NCBI GenBank assembly: GCA_029953675.1
Contig: JAMWBK010000010.1
Coordinates: 558,001-622,000 of the forward strand
Source: Rhodosorus marinus CCMP1338
Lineage: Eukaryota > Plantae > Rhodophyta
Direction of reading: 5' to 3'
DNA: 64,000 bases
Every line of letters starts with the position of its first letter. Position 1 is the first letter of the stretch. The position numbers were made by a program, and so were the translations under genes. The notes under the pieces were generated by a model, which worked only from the letters and a program-made list of their open reading frames with translations, was not told the DNA's origin and searched no databases. Positions 60,938 to 64,000 of the stretch are shown one piece after another.

Positions 60938-63900
60938 TTAGAGGTAGAGGGAGGCTTGGAATGCAACGCCGCGTTTCAATTTTTCGCTCCCGGCCTCGAA
61001 TTTCTCCTGCAGTTCAGTATTTCCTATGCTCTTTGCAGCAGCACGAAGCTGGAGTAGCAGCTCTTCCAGGCGTCGCATGCAGCGAATAATGCTCCCTTCG
61101 AACATCGTGGTCATCTTGCAAACTTCCACAAACGATTTACCGCTAGCCCATTCGTACATTACCGGCATCGCGCCCGGCTCAAAGCTCTGGACGTACTCTT
61201 CGATATCGAGTGGAATTTTGCACTCCTGGGTGATAACCCCAATGCGTGTTGCGACTTCGCGCAGCAGATTCAGAGCTTTCTGCAGGTGAGGCTGAAGCAC
61301 CAATGATTCGTCAGACCGCTCATCGAATACAAAGCACGAAAGCAGCGCGACAACCACTTCTGGAGCCATCTCGTTAAAGTTTCCGCCAAGCATCAGCTCC
61401 GTAATCACGAGCTCATCTGCGGTATTGATCTCACACGCCGTTCTCCCTGTTTCGCGGAAGTTCATAGAATTGAAATCAGCAATGAAACGAGCATGCGGCA
61501 CATCTGCATGTCTTTTAGTGCCAGCAAAACTAGAGAGCTCATCAAACCCACGAAGGGAACCAACCTACCTTTCATTTCGACAACGTCTCCGTGGGAGATG
61601 AAGCCAGCTCGTCGCAGAACTCTCTTCATTCGCTTCAGCTCGTCCTTCATGATGTGACCTCGCGCTAGCTTTACCATTCTCTTAGTCGCCTTGAGGTCCT
61701 CTTCAATCTTCTCCTTTTCTTTGTACAGTTTAAGCATACCCTAGGAAGCGAACAAGACGAGGAATTTTCAGCAATCACGATAGCAGCGAATGCTGTATCA
61801 AGGACTTTTGAGCTAATCGCTTACCTCGAAGTCCTTGCCCTCGGCCTCTACGCTGGTCTTTAGTGATGATGCCGATAGCTTGTCCTCCACCGTCTCCAGC
61901 TTGCGCAACAACGTCGAAAAGTTGTCCTCGTTTATGGACTGGTCCTCCTTTGGATCCAATTCAGGGACGACCTCCGAAAACCTTTTCTCCACTTCCATAA
62001 CGGATTTACCAACCTGAACCATACGAGGCAGCCGCGGTGGCCATGATTCAGAGGATGCCAACCACACTCGCCGAAGGAAACTTCCACAGAGCGAGTATAA
62101 ATTGTCGCTTACCGCCAGGCGATTGTCCTTTGGCTTCAAGTCTTTTGGTATGTACACACGAACAGCACTGATCCTCTCAAACATCTTCAAAGAGCACGGT
62201 ATTACAGCCCACTCCCCTGCCTGCTTGGGTTCTCTAGGACGGACCCGCATTGAGGTTCCACCCAACGAGGTGGGGTCGCAGTTCAATAGTACGTCGACTA
62301 TGTACCTTTCGCCATCGAACGTAAACGGACTTAGCTCAAATGCCGAAACCAGCAGCGGAGGGGAGGTCAATCAACACGAGTTTACATACCGATCTCCTTG
62401 CCCAGAAGAGTTCTTGCTTGGCTTTGTTCTCTTCGTAAAGTTGATAATTACTCCCCACCCGTATTCTGACAGCGGCTCAAAGTCAGTAACCTTCACCAAT
62501 CGACCTATCCAGTGCGGTTCGCATCAGCTACCCATCGAAAGCAAGAGCTATAATTTCCATCTTTGCCTACCTGGCTGCAGGAAAGGAACGATGTACTGGG
62601 GTTTAAAAACATACGACCTTATCTCCTGGAAGAGCGAGTCCTTCTGTGACACCAAGCTAGTGTACTCGGAAATCTGCGTAGTCCCAACAAGAACGAATGA
62701 TATACCGGCTTCAGAACAGTTTCAGTAAAACAAAAACCATGGGATTTAGCCCTCGCATATTCATAGAGGCATATTTGTGGCGTACGTCGTTCTCAAATCC
62801 AGACAGATCAATTTTCGCTTTGGAATCTTCCAAGGACACGAGCTTCGCCTCCGCATCCGGAAGAGCTCTGTCAGCCTGGAACTGCGCGAACGACTTCGAA
62901 ATTATGTATTGAGGGTCCGCCTCGTCTGCGCGGAGTAGATTCAGCAACATATTGTAGCCAAGATGGAAGGACGACTTCAACGGGTCGGTGTTTCCTAAAT
63001 CCAATGAAAACGTAAAGTAAGAAATGATGGTCTGCAACTGACCTGCGTTTTCGGTTCTGTTTGATGCTTACCTTTCAGAATCTTCTTTGCTTGTTCCGGT
63101 TCCATTTTTTCGTCGAACATAAGAATAGTGATACCTCTTTCGTCCAATCCACGACGACCCGCTCGACCACTCATTTGGATATACTCTCCTCCCGTAAGCC
63201 ATCGGAAAGATTCTCCGTCAAACTTTCTGGCGGCCACGAAAACAACGGTTTTTGCTGGCATATTCAGGCCCATTGAGAAAGTCTCAGTGGCAAACAGTGC
63301 TTTGATGAGACCTTCCCCGAACAAAATCTCCACGACCTAAGGCGAATGGTACGGAAATCAGTTTCTAATTCGATAATCGGAAAGACGAAATGCTCAGAAG
63401 CAAGAAATTCGTGCAACGCCTGGCCACGAACTATTGGGGAGAATTACGATATTCGAACATGACCCGAGGCGAGGCGCTCCGCGTAACCTCGGCCAGTGCC
63501 AGGCAATGTAGAAGGTGCGGCCGGACTGCCGTGCCAGTAACTCTCATTCTGGCTGGTGTAATTGCATCGCTGTCAGGCGGTCAAAAACCCGCGTTCGTGA
63601 CCAGCGTGCCATCTAGAACTAGTTTTCAATAGGACTGTTTGCCGTGCACTGCTCACCTCCTTCAGTATTGGTAACAGCCCAGAATGATGAATACCGATTC
63701 CTCGCTGAAGCAAGGGCAAGGCAGCGGTCAGCTGAGGCAGCCGTTGGTCTTCCTCCGACAGTGAATCAATCGCATGAGTGAAGACCTTCGCGAGAAAACA
63801 AGTTTAGAGTTCAAGAGAACCAGCTAATGTTAGCTTTGCCAATCGTACGCATCACGATCGTTTGGTTTTTGCAAACCTCTGCGATTAATCGTTTCTCTTC

Positions 63901-64000
63901 ATCATCAGTGAACTCTAGTTTCGACATCTGCAGAGCCAAACTCTCGCAATCTCGCCTCGAGAACGCGAAGACAATCACTGGATCGTAGTTTCTGTCACGA
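60938..64000 (-). CDS. MTREX: Exosome-associated RNA helicase MTR4 (Ski2-like), 3' part; the gene continues beyond the window
   Basis: [92 protein letters not shown] and C-terminal AFQASLYL*. Many short introns. Confidence 0.95.

Noticed and set aside
1-64000. Co-occurrence of SNAPC4, GTF3C3, METTL5 and MTR4 as a possible RNA-machinery cluster
   Set aside because: The genes are far apart and interspersed with unrelated genes; in a eukaryote this is expected by chance.

Overview
Gene-dense eukaryotic nuclear DNA with many short GT-AG introns (about 70-130 bp, CTAAC/CTGAC branch sites). The compact layout and a plastid-type decarboxylase with an MGF- start suggest a unicellular red alga (inference only). 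Recognisable genes: SNAPC4-like Myb protein (partial), METTL5, an N-CoR/Snt1-like SANT protein, FAM173/ATPSCKMT, GTF3C3, a ULP/SENP protease, DCC1, an ANTH protein, an alpha/beta hydrolase, a class I Orn/Lys/Arg decarboxylase, two tandem Kelch-BTB paralogues and MTR4 (partial). There are two decayed retroelements: a CRE-like non-LTR element with a restriction-like endonuclease, and Ty3/gypsy pol pieces. No rRNA, tRNA or CRISPR could be supported. Best leads: (1) a multi-exon gene for a protein of at least four tandem Vti1-Habc-like helical repeats ending in a K-Ras-like polybasic CaaX tail; (2) both retroelement relics contain roughly 210-bp inverted repeats of RT sequence; (3) recurrent 0.7-1.2 kb C-rich-left / AT-core / G-rich-right blocks; (4) an apparently metal-ligand-less 2OG-Fe(II) oxygenase homologue; (5) a FANCB-like gene. 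All family assignments come from motif recognition by eye and memory, and no database searches were run.
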